Positions 12,346 to 22,304 of a stretch of 64,000 nucleotides of DNA are shown in pieces. The position numbers and the translations under genes were made by a program. Source of the stretch: Mobula hypostoma (taxonomy: Eukaryota); assembly GCF_963921235.1 (NCBI RefSeq), contig NC_086100.1:204230001-204294000 (forward strand), written 5' to 3'. Position 1 is the first letter of the stretch. Each line of letters begins with the position of its first letter. Below the pieces are notes generated by a model. It was given only the letters and a program-made list of their open reading frames with translations, ran no database searches and had not been told where the DNA came from.

Positions 12346-13830
12346 ATGACCGACGCCGCATCTGTTCACGCAGTTTCGTTACAACTGCCAAGCTTTTGGC
12401 CGCTGAGAACCCGTCTGTGCTTGGAATAGGCAGAAGCACAATTCCACATTCGGCAGATAACCTCGGAGTCCACTCGCTACTACTCCGTGCTGAGCTCTCT
12501 CGACCAAGAGACTGCTGCACAAGTTGTGGAGTTTATACAGTCGCCCCCGGAGGACAGCAAATACACAGCATTCAAAGCCCTGCTCATAAGGACTTTCGGA
12601 CTCTCGCGGCGCGAACGAGCACGCCGCTTAATGCACCTGGATGGTTTGGGAGACAGGCCGCCATTGGCATTAATGAACGAAATGCTGGCCCTGGCTGAAG
12701 GACACAAAACCCTGCCTCATGTTTGAGCAGGCGTTCCTAGAGCAACTGCCTGAGGACATACGCCTGCTGCTGTCCGACACAGATTTCAGCGACTCCCGGG
12801 AGGTGGCGGCCCGAGCAGATGTGTTGTGGAATGGCAAGAAAGAGAGAGGGGCATCCGTCGCACAGATCACCAAGCCGCGTGCCCAACGACAGACCAGACC
12901 AGGCCCGGCAGCAGAGCCTACAAAACCCGGCGACAGGAGTAAGGAGCCCAACGAACAATGGTGCTTCTACCACTAGCGGTGGGGCACAGAGGCCCGCCGC
13001 AGTAGACCACCCTGCAAATTCCCGGGAAACGGCAAGGCCCAGCCGCCACCGATCGCTACGGCGGCTGGCCATCAGGACAGCCTCCTGTACGTCTGGGACA
13101 AGCAGTCGGGACGCCGCTTTTTGGTCGACACCGGAGCGGAGATCAGCGTTTTACCTCCAACGAGTTACGACACCCGCAACAGAGAACCGGGACCCACCCT
13201 GAGGGCCGCAAATGGCAGCACAATACGAACCTACGGCACCCGCACGGTGCGGCTACAGTTCAGCTCCAGCCGGTTCACGTGGGACTTCACTCTGGCCGCG
13301 GTGGCCCAACCACTCCTGGGGGCGGATTTTCTGCTAGCCCACAGCCTGCTGGTCGACCTGCAAGGGAAGCGACTAGTCCACGCCAAGACTTTTCAAACGT
13401 TCTCCCTGAGTGAAGCGAAGTTGCCAGCCCCACACCTGGACTCCATCACGCTGTCCAACGATGAATTCACCAGGGTCCTGGCGGATTTCCCATCAGTACT
13501 GACACCGCAGTTCACGGCAGCCATGCCCAGACACGGAGTACAGCACCACATCCCAACCCAGTGACCACCCCTCCACGCCCGTGCTCGAAGGCTTCACCCG
13601 GACAAGCTCCGACTGGCGAAGGAGGAGTTCAAGACGATGGAGGAATTGGGGATCATACGACGGTCCAACAGCCCATGGGCCTCCCCCCTGCACATGGTGC
13701 CTTAGGCAACGGGGGCTGGAGACCATGCGGTGACTACCGCAGACTGAACGAGGCTACAACGCCAGACCGCTACCCTGTGCCGCACATTCAAGACTTTGCA
13801 GCAAACCTACACGGCGCAAGTATCTTTTCC
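12346..13830 (+). pseudogene. Gypsy gag, protease and RT N-terminus (disrupted)
   Basis: MTDAASVHAVSLQLPSFW, WCFYH..C motif, LVDTGAEIS protease, WRPCGDYRRLN..DRYPVPHI; several stops and frameshifts. Confidence 0.9.
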
Positions 13831-14190
13831 TTTCTTTCTTTTTAAATCTTTTTATTGAGTAAGTATACAAAAAAGGTAAGCCATATAAACATTAATACAA
13901 TGTTAAAGTATAATAAAATTCCAAAAGATAACAATACCAAAAAGAAAATACTACAAACAATGTAATTTAAGCATAAGAAACCAAGATAACATAATAGTAT
14001 ACTAGATTTTATATATATCAATGGAAAAAAAAAGAAAAAAAAAACCCCAAAAAAAAAACCCACCGTGCAACTAACTAAAAGCAAAGCAAAGCAATGGGCT
14101 AACTTGAAACCAAACAGAGTTAAACTTAAAATCACGTCCTCAATCCCGACCTCCATTAAAACAGTGAAGAAAAAACAAGAAGGGTAAATA

Positions 14191-17100
14191 TTACATTAAA
14201 TGAAAATATCGAATAAAAGGTCCCCAAATCTGTTCAAATTTAAATGAAGAATCATAAAGGTTACTTCTAATTTTCTCCAGATTCAAACATAAAATCGTCT
14301 GAGAAAACCAAAAAAAGGTAGTTGGAGCATTAAGCTCTTTCCAATGTTGTAAAATACATCTTTTCGCCATTAAAGTAAGAAATGCAATCATTCTACGGGC
14401 TGAAGGGGAAAGATTACTAGAAATTTTAGGTAGTCCAAAGATAGCAGTAATAGGGTGAGGAGAGATATCTATATTTAATACCTTAGAAATAATATTGAAA
14501 ATATCTCTCCAAAAAGTTTCCAAAGTAGGGCAAGACCAAAACATATGAGTTAAAGAGGCTATCTGCCCCGAACATCTATCACAGAAAGGATTAATATGCG
14601 AGTAAAAACGCGCTAACTTATCTTTGGACATATGTGCTCTATGAACCACTTTAAATTGAATTAGGGAATGTTTAGCACAAATAGAGGAAGTATTAACTAA
14701 TTGTAAAATCTGCCCCCAATCATCCACAGAAATGGTAAGCCCCAATTCCTGTTCCCAATCTACCCTAATCTTATCAAATGGAGCTTTCCTAAGTTTCATA
14801 ATAATATTATAAATCATAGCCGATGCACCTTTCTGACATGGATTAAGGTTAATTATCGAATCTAAAATATATATAGGAGGAAGCATTGGAAAGGAAGTAA
14901 GTATAGTACTTAGGAAATTTCTAACTTGTAAATATCTAAAAAAATGTATTCTTGATAAGTTATATTTATTAGATAATTGTTCAAAAGACATAAGGGAACC
15001 ATCTAAAAATAAATCCAAAAACCGTAAAATACCCTTAGTCTTCCAAGTTTGAAAAGCGCGATCCGTAAAAGAGGGAGGAAAAAATATGTTACCTAAAATA
15101 GGAATCGCTAACCCGAATTGATTAAGATCAAAAAATTTTCTGAATTGAAACCAAATGCGCAAAGCATATTTAACTATCGGGTTAGAGACCTGCTTAAGAC
15201 GTTTCGAATCAAAAGGAAGAGAGGAACCTAAAATAGAACCAAGTGTATAACCCTGAACAGATTGTAATTCCAATGCTACCCATTTAGGAATAAATAGTAT
15301 GTCCCGGTCAAGTAACCAAAATTTCATATGTCGAATATTAATAGCCCAATAATAAAATCTAAAGTTAGGTAATGCTAAACCTCCATCTCTCTTAGCTTTC
15401 TGTAAATGTATTTTACCCAGTCTCGGATTCTTGTTCTGCCAAATAAATGAAGAAATTTTAGAGTCAACTTTATCAAAAAAAGATTTAGGAACGAAAATTG
15501 GTAATGCCTGAAACACATATAAAAATTTTGGCAAAAAAAACATCTTAACTGCATTAATACGACCAATCAAAGTTAAATATAAGGGAAACCATTTAGATGA
15601 AAGTTGAGTAATATGGTCTATTAATGGTAAAAAGTTAGTCTTAAATAAATCTTTATGTTTACAAGTAATTTTAATCCCAAGATATGAAAAGTAATTATTA
15701 ATCAATTTAAATGGAAATTTATAATATAAGGGAAGATGTTTATTAATCGGAAAAAGTTCACTCTTACTAAGATTTAATTTATAACCTGAGAAAAGACCAA
15801 ATTGTGCTAATAACTCTAAAACAGCAGGAATGGATCTCTCAGGATTAGAAATATATAAAAGTAAATCATCAGCATAGAGTGATAATTTATGGGACTTTAA
15901 TCCCCGAGTTATCCCAGTAATATTTGAAGATTCTCGAATAGCAATTGCAAGAGGTTCTAATGCAATATCAAATAATAGGGGACTAAGAGGACAGCCTTGT
16001 CGAGTACCACGAAAGAGAGGAAAAAAAGGTGAGTTTAAGGAGTTAGTACGAACCGAGGCTACAGGGGAGTGATATAACAGTTTAATCCAGGATATAAATT
16101 TCAAGCTAAAATTAAACATTTCAAGCACCTTAAATAAATAAGGCCATTCTACTCTATCAAAAGCTTTCTCGGCATCTAAAGAAATAACACACTCAGGAAC
16201 ATTTTGTGAGGGAGTATAAACGATATTTAACAATGTACGAATATTATAAAAAGAGTAACGACCTTTAATAAAACCCGTTTGGTCTTCCGAAATAATAGAA
16301 GGAAGTACTTTTTCTAGTCTATTTGCTAATAACTTAGAAAAAACTTTAGAATCAACATTTAATAAAGATATTGGTCTATAAGATGCACATTGAGCAGGGT
16401 CTTTATCCTTCTTTAGTATTAAAGAAATTGATGCTCTATTAAAAGATTCCGGAAGTTTACCAAGTTTCAAAGAAGCCTCAAAAACCTTATAGAGCCAAGG
16501 AATCAATAAAGAAGCAAAACATTTATAAAATTCAACGGTAAACCCATCAGGGCCAGGAGCTTTCCCCAGATTCATAGAAAAAATAACATTCTTAATCTCA
16601 TCCATTGTAATGGAAGTATCTAATAAAGAAGACATATCCTGTGAAATCAGAGGGAAGTCTAACTTATCTAAAAAATCATTCATATATTTAGAATCTCGAG
16701 GAGACTCTGATTGGTATAAAGAAGAATAAAAATCACAAAAGGTTTGATTAATCCCCACATGATCCAATATCAATCGATCATTTTGGTTATAAATCTGATT
16801 GATTTGAGATTTAACATAATTAGATTTCAATTGATTAGCCAGCAGCTTGCCAATTTTATCACTGTGAACATAAAAATCACTTCTTGTTTTCTTTAATTGG
16901 TTTACAATCGAGGACGAGAGTAGTAAACTGTGTTCCATTTGAAGTTCAGTTCTTTGTTTGTATAGCTCCTCAGAAGGAGCCATAACATATTTCTTATCAA
17001 TTTCTTTAATCTTGTCCACAATTACCATCTCCTCCTGCTTCTGTTTCTTCCTCAAAGCAACGGAATACGAAATAATCTGACCCCGAATATAGGCTTTAAA

Positions 17101-17967
17101 AGTGTCCCAAAGAGTGTTAACCGAAATATCTTCTGTATGGTTAATTGTAAAAAAAAGCTCAATCTGTTCATTCATAAAATTAACAAAGTCCGAGTCCTGA
17201 AGCAACAGCGAATTAAAACGCCATTGTCTATTGTTTGGTATATTGGCCATAATTTTAATAGAAAGCTTAAGTGGAGCATGATCCGAAATGGTTATAGAAT
17301 CATAATCACATTTAATCACTGAAGGAATGAGACGAGAATCAATGAAAAAATAATCAATTCTTGAATAGGAATGATGAACATGTGAAAAGAAGGAAAAATC
17401 TTTTTCCTGAGGATGCAGAAAACGCCAAATGTCCGTCGACCCAGAATCAGAAAGGAAAAAATTAATCAAATTTGCAGATTTATTAGGTAAAGTCCGTAAA
17501 GGAGCCGAACGGTCCAAAGCTGGAGATAAACAGGTATTAAGATCTCCGCCCCAAATCAATGAAAACTCGTTCAAATTCGGAAACTGATCAAACAATGATT
17601 TATAAAATTCCGGACAATCCATATTAGGAGCATAAACATTAACCAAAACTACTTTTTTATTAAATAATAAACCACTAACCAATAAAAATCTACCATTCGG
17701 ATCAGAGATAATATCCTGTTGTATAAAAGTAACTGAGGAGTCTATAAAAATAGAGACGCCTCGAATCTTAGCATTGGAGTTCGAATGAAATTGTTGTCCC
17801 TTCCAAAATTTGAAAAAACGTAGTCTGTCCCCCCTCCGTACATGGGTCTCTTGTAAAAATAAAATTTGTGCTTTAAGTCTCCGGAACACTTTAAAAACTT
17901 TTTTCCTTTTAATAGGATGATTAAGACCATTAGTATTCCAGGAGACAAAATTAATAATAGACTCCAT
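14191..17967 (-). CDS. L1 ORF2p (APE endonuclease, RT, CCHC), 1258 aa
   Basis: SWNTNG, LQETH, GGDLN, SRIDY, SDH; KAPGPDG, DAEKAFD, QGCPLSP, YADD; CDRC..LTHMFWSC; first ATG at 17967. Confidence 0.96.
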   Translation of the reverse strand: MESIINFVSWNTNGLNHPIKRKKVFKVFRRLKAQILFLQETHVRRGDRLRFFKFWKGQQFHSNSNAKIRGVSIFIDSSVTFIQQDIISDPNGRFLLVSGLLFNKKVVLVNVYAPNMDCPEFYKSLFDQFPNLNEFSLIWGGDLNTCLSPALDRSAPLRTLPNKSANLINFFLSDSGSTDIWRFLHPQEKDFSFFSHVHHSYSRIDYFFIDSRLIPSVIKCDYDSITISDHAPLKLSIKIMANIPNNRQWRFNSLLLQDSDFVNFMNEQIELFFTINHTEDISVNTLWDTFKAYIRGQIISYSVALRKKQKQEEMVIVDKIKEIDKKYVMAPSEELYKQRTELQMEHSLLLSSSIVNQLKKTRSDFYVHSDKIGKLLANQLKSNYVKSQINQIYNQNDRLILDHVGINQTFCDFYSSLYQSESPRDSKYMNDFLDKLDFPLISQDMSSLLDTSITMDEIKNVIFSMNLGKAPGPDGFTVEFYKCFASLLIPWLYKVFEASLKLGKLPESFNRASISLILKKDKDPAQCASYRPISLLNVDSKVFSKLLANRLEKVLPSIISEDQTGFIKGRYSFYNIRTLLNIVYTPSQNVPECVISLDAEKAFDRVEWPYLFKVLEMFNFSLKFISWIKLLYHSPVASVRTNSLNSPFFPLFRGTRQGCPLSPLLFDIALEPLAIAIRESSNITGITRGLKSHKLSLYADDLLLYISNPERSIPAVLELLAQFGLFSGYKLNLSKSELFPINKHLPLYYKFPFKLINNYFSYLGIKITCKHKDLFKTNFLPLIDHITQLSSKWFPLYLTLIGRINAVKMFFLPKFLYVFQALPIFVPKSFFDKVDSKISSFIWQNKNPRLGKIHLQKAKRDGGLALPNFRFYYWAINIRHMKFWLLDRDILFIPKWVALELQSVQGYTLGSILGSSLPFDSKRLKQVSNPIVKYALRIWFQFRKFFDLNQFGLAIPILGNIFFPPSFTDRAFQTWKTKGILRFLDLFLDGSLMSFEQLSNKYNLSRIHFFRYLQVRNFLSTILTSFPMLPPIYILDSIINLNPCQKGASAMIYNIIMKLRKAPFDKIRVDWEQELGLTISVDDWGQILQLVNTSSICAKHSLIQFKVVHRAHMSKDKLARFYSHINPFCDRCSGQIASLTHMFWSCPTLETFWRDIFNIISKVLNIDISPHPITAIFGLPKISSNLSPSARRMIAFLTLMAKRCILQHWKELNAPTTFFWFSQTILCLNLEKIRSNLYDSSFKFEQIWGPFIRYFHLM

Positions 17968-18688
17968 AAATCCTAAAGTCAACCCATAACAAGGAGGATT
18001 GACAATAGGCGCGACCCACAGACCCGGAGAGGAAACAGAACATACAAAAGATACCGGGGAAAAGGACGTAACCAATACTTCAATAATGTATATAGCCCAA
18101 AGAGAAACAAACTAAAACGTGAAGCCCCTCCCACCGCCCCCCACCCCAGGACCCCAAGGCGAAATCTAAAGCAGACCCGCCAGAAAGAAGCAAGCGCTAA
18201 AACTACCCCCATGACTTCCGGTATACGCTCCCTAAAAAAAAGGTATAAATATGAAAAGGATCAGCTAATTGTAAAACAGTAAAAAAAATAAGTAAAAAAA
18301 AGTTAGCTCAATTAAAATACACACAGAACAGAACAAAAGCCGGAAAGTATATATTAAAAAAAAACCACAATAAACCTCAAACTCATGAATAGACACAGCA
18401 ACAAAAAAAATAGGATTATTAACATAAAATGATTATAAAAAGCAAAACAGAATAAAATTTAAAAAAAACTACAAAATTTAAGGCCGCACAGGAAATACGT
18501 AAGATGACAAAAGGGAAGTAACCACCCAGAATCCCCTGGGAAAAGAAAGAAATGACGCAGTTAAAAAGAAAGTTTAGCAGCCATATTAAGAAATCAAAAG
18601 TAAACTTTTCTGCCCAAATAGGGCACAGAAAAGTTAAAACCAACCAATTCACAGCCTCCGATCAACGGAGAAAATTAAAAAAAGGCAA

Positions 18689-19588
18689 TTAAGATGTTGA
18701 AGATGAAAGTTGATCCAGATAACTCTGGGCATCCGATGGAGAATCAAAAAAACGAAGAGCTCCATCTAACATGCGAATCCTTAGACGTGCAGGGTACAGC
18801 AGCGCTGGTCTTAAATCCATCTTATAGAATTCCGACATCACGGATCTGTAACGGACCCGTTGGTCCCAGATTGGTTTACTGAAATCTTCCACGAATCGGA
18901 ACTTAAGATCCGAAAAATCAATGAAACCTTTAGATCGAGCGAATCGAAACAGTCTCTCCTTGTCTTGAAAGTAATGAAAACGTAAGATAACATGCCTAGG
19001 TCTATCTGACCTAGACGAGTATGATGGGATTCTGTGAACACGATCCAGTAGCGGTGGTTGGTCAGGAAATACAGTAGGGAATGCATCTTTTAAAAGTTGG
19101 GAGAAATATTTCATAGGGTTGTTAGCTTCCACGGCTTCCCTGACGCCAATCATTCGTAAATTCTGCCGTCGCATTCTAGATTCCAAGTCAGAGTTTTTAA
19201 AAGTCAAAAAGTCAAGTTTCTTCTTCATTACATTAATTGTTTCTTCGACTTTCCCCATCTTAAGCTCACTTTGTTGCGCGGATTTTTGAAGACCAGATAT
19301 AGCCGACTGATGTTCCGCAATACATGTTTGCATCTTATCAATTAAATCGGCAATTTTCTGGAACTTAGTTGAGATTTCCATATGAATCAGGTCTTTAACA
19401 GAGCCCATAATTTCTGTACGAATCATCTCCCTAACAGAGGTTGAAATTTCCCTCTGAATTAACTCCGATATAGCTTCCAAAGTCACCGGTGATTCAGTCG
19501 GAGGGAGATCCGTAGCTTTCGGTTTAACCGGAGGTTTACCATCCTTGCCGTCTTTCCCGTTCTTAGACATAGCCGATCTCAGTATCAT
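18689..19588 (-). CDS. L1 ORF1p, 299 aa
   Basis: Coiled coil followed by DLESRMRRQNLRMIG, DRVHR, RHVILRF and LYPARLRI motifs. Confidence 0.95.
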   Translation of the reverse strand: MILRSAMSKNGKDGKDGKPPVKPKATDLPPTESPVTLEAISELIQREISTSVREMIRTEIMGSVKDLIHMEISTKFQKIADLIDKMQTCIAEHQSAISGLQKSAQQSELKMGKVEETINVMKKKLDFLTFKNSDLESRMRRQNLRMIGVREAVEANNPMKYFSQLLKDAFPTVFPDQPPLLDRVHRIPSYSSRSDRPRHVILRFHYFQDKERLFRFARSKGFIDFSDLKFRFVEDFSKPIWDQRVRYRSVMSEFYKMDLRPALLYPARLRIRMLDGALRFFDSPSDAQSYLDQLSSSTS

Positions 19589-19744
19589 CCAATTGTCAGA
19601 GAATTCAGTTTAATTCAAAGTATTGTAAAAATTGATGCCTTAATAGTTAATTAAAGTATAGCTGACCATAGAGAGAAAAAACTCAGAGGTAATGGAGCGA
19701 GTCAAGAACGCGACTTCACTCCATGAGCGCTACCGGAAGTCTCC

Positions 19745-21960
19745 CGCAAGTATCTTTTCCAAGGTAGACCTCGTCCGGGGATACCATCAAATCCCGGTAC
19801 ATCCGGACGACATCCCCAAAACAGCACTCATCACCCCGTTCGGACTTTTCGAATTCCTCCGAATGCCGTTTGGTCTAAAGAATGCCGCACAGACTTTCCA
19901 GTGGCTAATGGACGCGGTGGAACGCGACTTGGACTTTGCATTCATCTATTTGGACGAGATCCTCATAGCCAGCAGTAATCGGCACCTACGCCAGCTCTAC
20001 TCCCGCCTGAGCGAATTTGGCCTTATAATCAACCCAGCAAAATGCCAGTTCGGACTCGATACCATCGACTTCCTGGGCCACAGGATTACTAAAGACGGGG
20101 CAACCCCACTGCCCGCCAAGGTAGACGCGGTCCGCAACTTCCCCCGACCCAACACAATCAAAGGCCTGCAGGAATTCGTGGGTATGGTGAATTTCTACCA
20201 CCGTTTCCTCCCCTCAGCAGCCCGAACCATGCGCCCCCTGTTCACTCTAATGTTGGGTAAGGGCAAGGACATTACCTGGGACGACGAGGCCGCAGCCGCT
20301 TTCGTTAAAACCAAAGAAGCCTTGGCAAACGCCGCGATGCTAGTGCACCCCAGAACGGACGTTCCTACTGCCCTCACTGTGGACGCATCCAACACAGCAG
20401 TCGGTGGAGTGCTGGACAACTTATCGAGGGTCGCTGGCAACCCCTGGCGTTCTTCAGCAAATACCTACGACCACCTGAACTCAAATACAGTGTTTTCGAC
20501 CGGGCGCTATTGGCACTATACCTGGCAATCCGGCATTTCAGGTACTTGTTGGAAGGTAGGCCCTTCACCGCATTCACATACCACAAACCGCTTACCTTTG
20601 CGTTCATGAAGGTGTCCGCCCCCTGGTCGTCCCGCCAGCAGCGACATCTGTCCTACATCTCCGAGTACACGACGGACATCCGGCATGTCTCTGGAAAGGA
20701 CAATGTCGTGGCAAACGCACTATCCAGACCTACCATACAGGCCCTGTCCCAGGGGGTGGACTATGCAGCGCTGGCAGAGGCACAGCAGGCAGACACTGAG
20801 ATCCCCAGTTGCAGGACTGCAGTCTCCGGGTTGCAGCTCCAAGACCTCCCCGTAGGTCCAGGTGAGAGGACCCTACTATGTGACGTAGCTACCGGCCAAC
20901 CCCGCCCCGTCGTCCCAGCAGCCTGGCGCCGGCGGGTTTTCGAATCCATTCACAACTTAGCGCACCCCTCCATCAGGACAACCGTCCGTCTGGTCTCCAA
21001 CAGGTTCGTGTGGCACGGACTGCGTAAACAGGTCAGTGAATGGGCCAAAACGTGCATGCAGTGCCAAACAGCCAAGGTGCAGCGGCACACCAAGGCTCCG
21101 CCGCAGCAGTTCGAACCCACCCGCCGGAGGTTCGACCACATTCATGTGGATATCGTGGGACCCCTGCCAGTGTCGCGAGGAGCGCGGTACCTCCTAACTA
21201 TGATAGACCGCTTCACCAGATGGCCAGAGGCAGTCCCACTCCCCGACACCACCTCCGAATCCTGCGCCCGAGCACTGATCGCAACCTGAGTAGCCCGCTT
21301 CGGGGTACCGGCCCACATTACCTCCGACAGGGGAGCACAGTTCACCTCCAGCCTGTGGTCGGCTATGGCCAGCCTTTTAGGATCACAGCTACACCACACA
21401 ACTGCCTACCACCCACAGTCGAACGGACTAGTGGAGCTTTTCCACCGTCACCTGAAGTCGGCTCTCATGGCCCGCCTGGAGAGGCCGAACTGGGTGGACG
21501 AACTTCCTTGGGTCCTGCTCGGAATCCGCACGGATCCAAACAGGATCTGCACACCTCGTCGGCCGAGTTGGTGTACGGCGCACACCTGGTCGTCCCAGGA
21601 GAGTTCATACCAGCCCCAGGGGGTCAAGAGCAGCAGTCCTGGACAGACTACGTGAGAGGCTCGGTAACCTGGCCCCCATACCCACTTCACAGCACGGACA
21701 GAGCCCAACCTCCGTACCCAAAGACCTGCAGAACTGTAAGTTTCTTTTTGTACGACGGGGCGGACACCGGGCACCGCTACAGTGGCCCTACGAGGGGCCG
21801 TTTAAGGTGATCAGGAACAACGGGTCCACGTTCGTGCTGGACACTGGGGGGAGAGAGGAGGTTTTCACGGTGGACCGACTCAAACCGGCCCATGTGGACG
21901 GCCCAGCCGGTCCAGGCTCTGGCACCGCGGCGCAGGGGCAGACCTCCCAAACAGAGGCCG
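19745..21960 (+). pseudogene. Gypsy pol: RT, RNase H and integrase (disrupted)
   Basis: [34 protein letters not shown] (IHNLAH..CMQC), HVDIVG, SDRG, NGLVE, GPF; frameshift near 20415 and stop at 21287. Confidence 0.92.
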
Positions 21961-22000
21961 CTCCAGACTGTGGACATTGGGGGAGGTATCGCCGATTCCG

Positions 22001-22019
22001 GGGGCGGGGGTGGGGGTTA
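22001..22019 (+). promoter_or_regulatory. Polypurine tract
   Basis: G-rich run immediately before the 3' LTR. Confidence 0.75.
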
Positions 22020-22304
22020 TGTGGCGACCTACTTTCTAGCACACACGAACCGGCTCACAACAGCGCGAGCAGGCAGAAGGCCGGCCACAAAAAGGGCGCC
22101 AGGCCATCTTCACCAGCAGGGGAAAATCCCGCGCGCGGAAAGGATCTGGGAATATGCATTCCCCACAGCAGTCCCGCCCCAGGGAGGGCGGGAACGGGAA
22201 GGCTTTAAAGCAAGCCGCGAAGTTTGAATAAATCTCTTTCATCGCAACTCCAACTCACCGACTCCGTGTGGTTATTCTAGCGCTGTGTGTAGCACACCGC
22301 TACA
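22020..22304 (+). repeat. Gypsy 3' LTR
   Basis: Repeat of 9445-9729; about 20 substitutions and 2 indels by manual comparison. Confidence 0.95.

Larger units (their letters stand above)
13831..19744 (-). mobile_element. Full-length LINE-1 (L1 clade), 5914 bp
   Basis: Perfect 16-bp TSD CGCAAGTATCTTTTCC (13815-13830, 19745-19760); 5' end GGGAGACTTCCGG; AATAAA plus short A-rich tail; two intact ORFs. Confidence 0.97.
9445..22304 (+). mobile_element. Gypsy LTR retrotransposon provirus (CsRn1-like), decayed, with nested CR1 and L1
   Basis: Two 285-bp TG..CA LTRs, 4-bp TSD CCAT (9441-9444, 22305-22308), PBS, PPT, and gag-PR-RT-RH-IN domain order. Confidence 0.95.

Noticed and set aside
11746..12429. 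227-aa plus-strand ORF
   Set aside because: Antisense of CR1 ORF2 running into the gag start; non-ATG start and stop early in gag
17968..18075. 36-aa N-terminal extension of L1 ORF2
   Set aside because: Non-ATG start; homology begins at MESIINFVSWN (ATG 17967)
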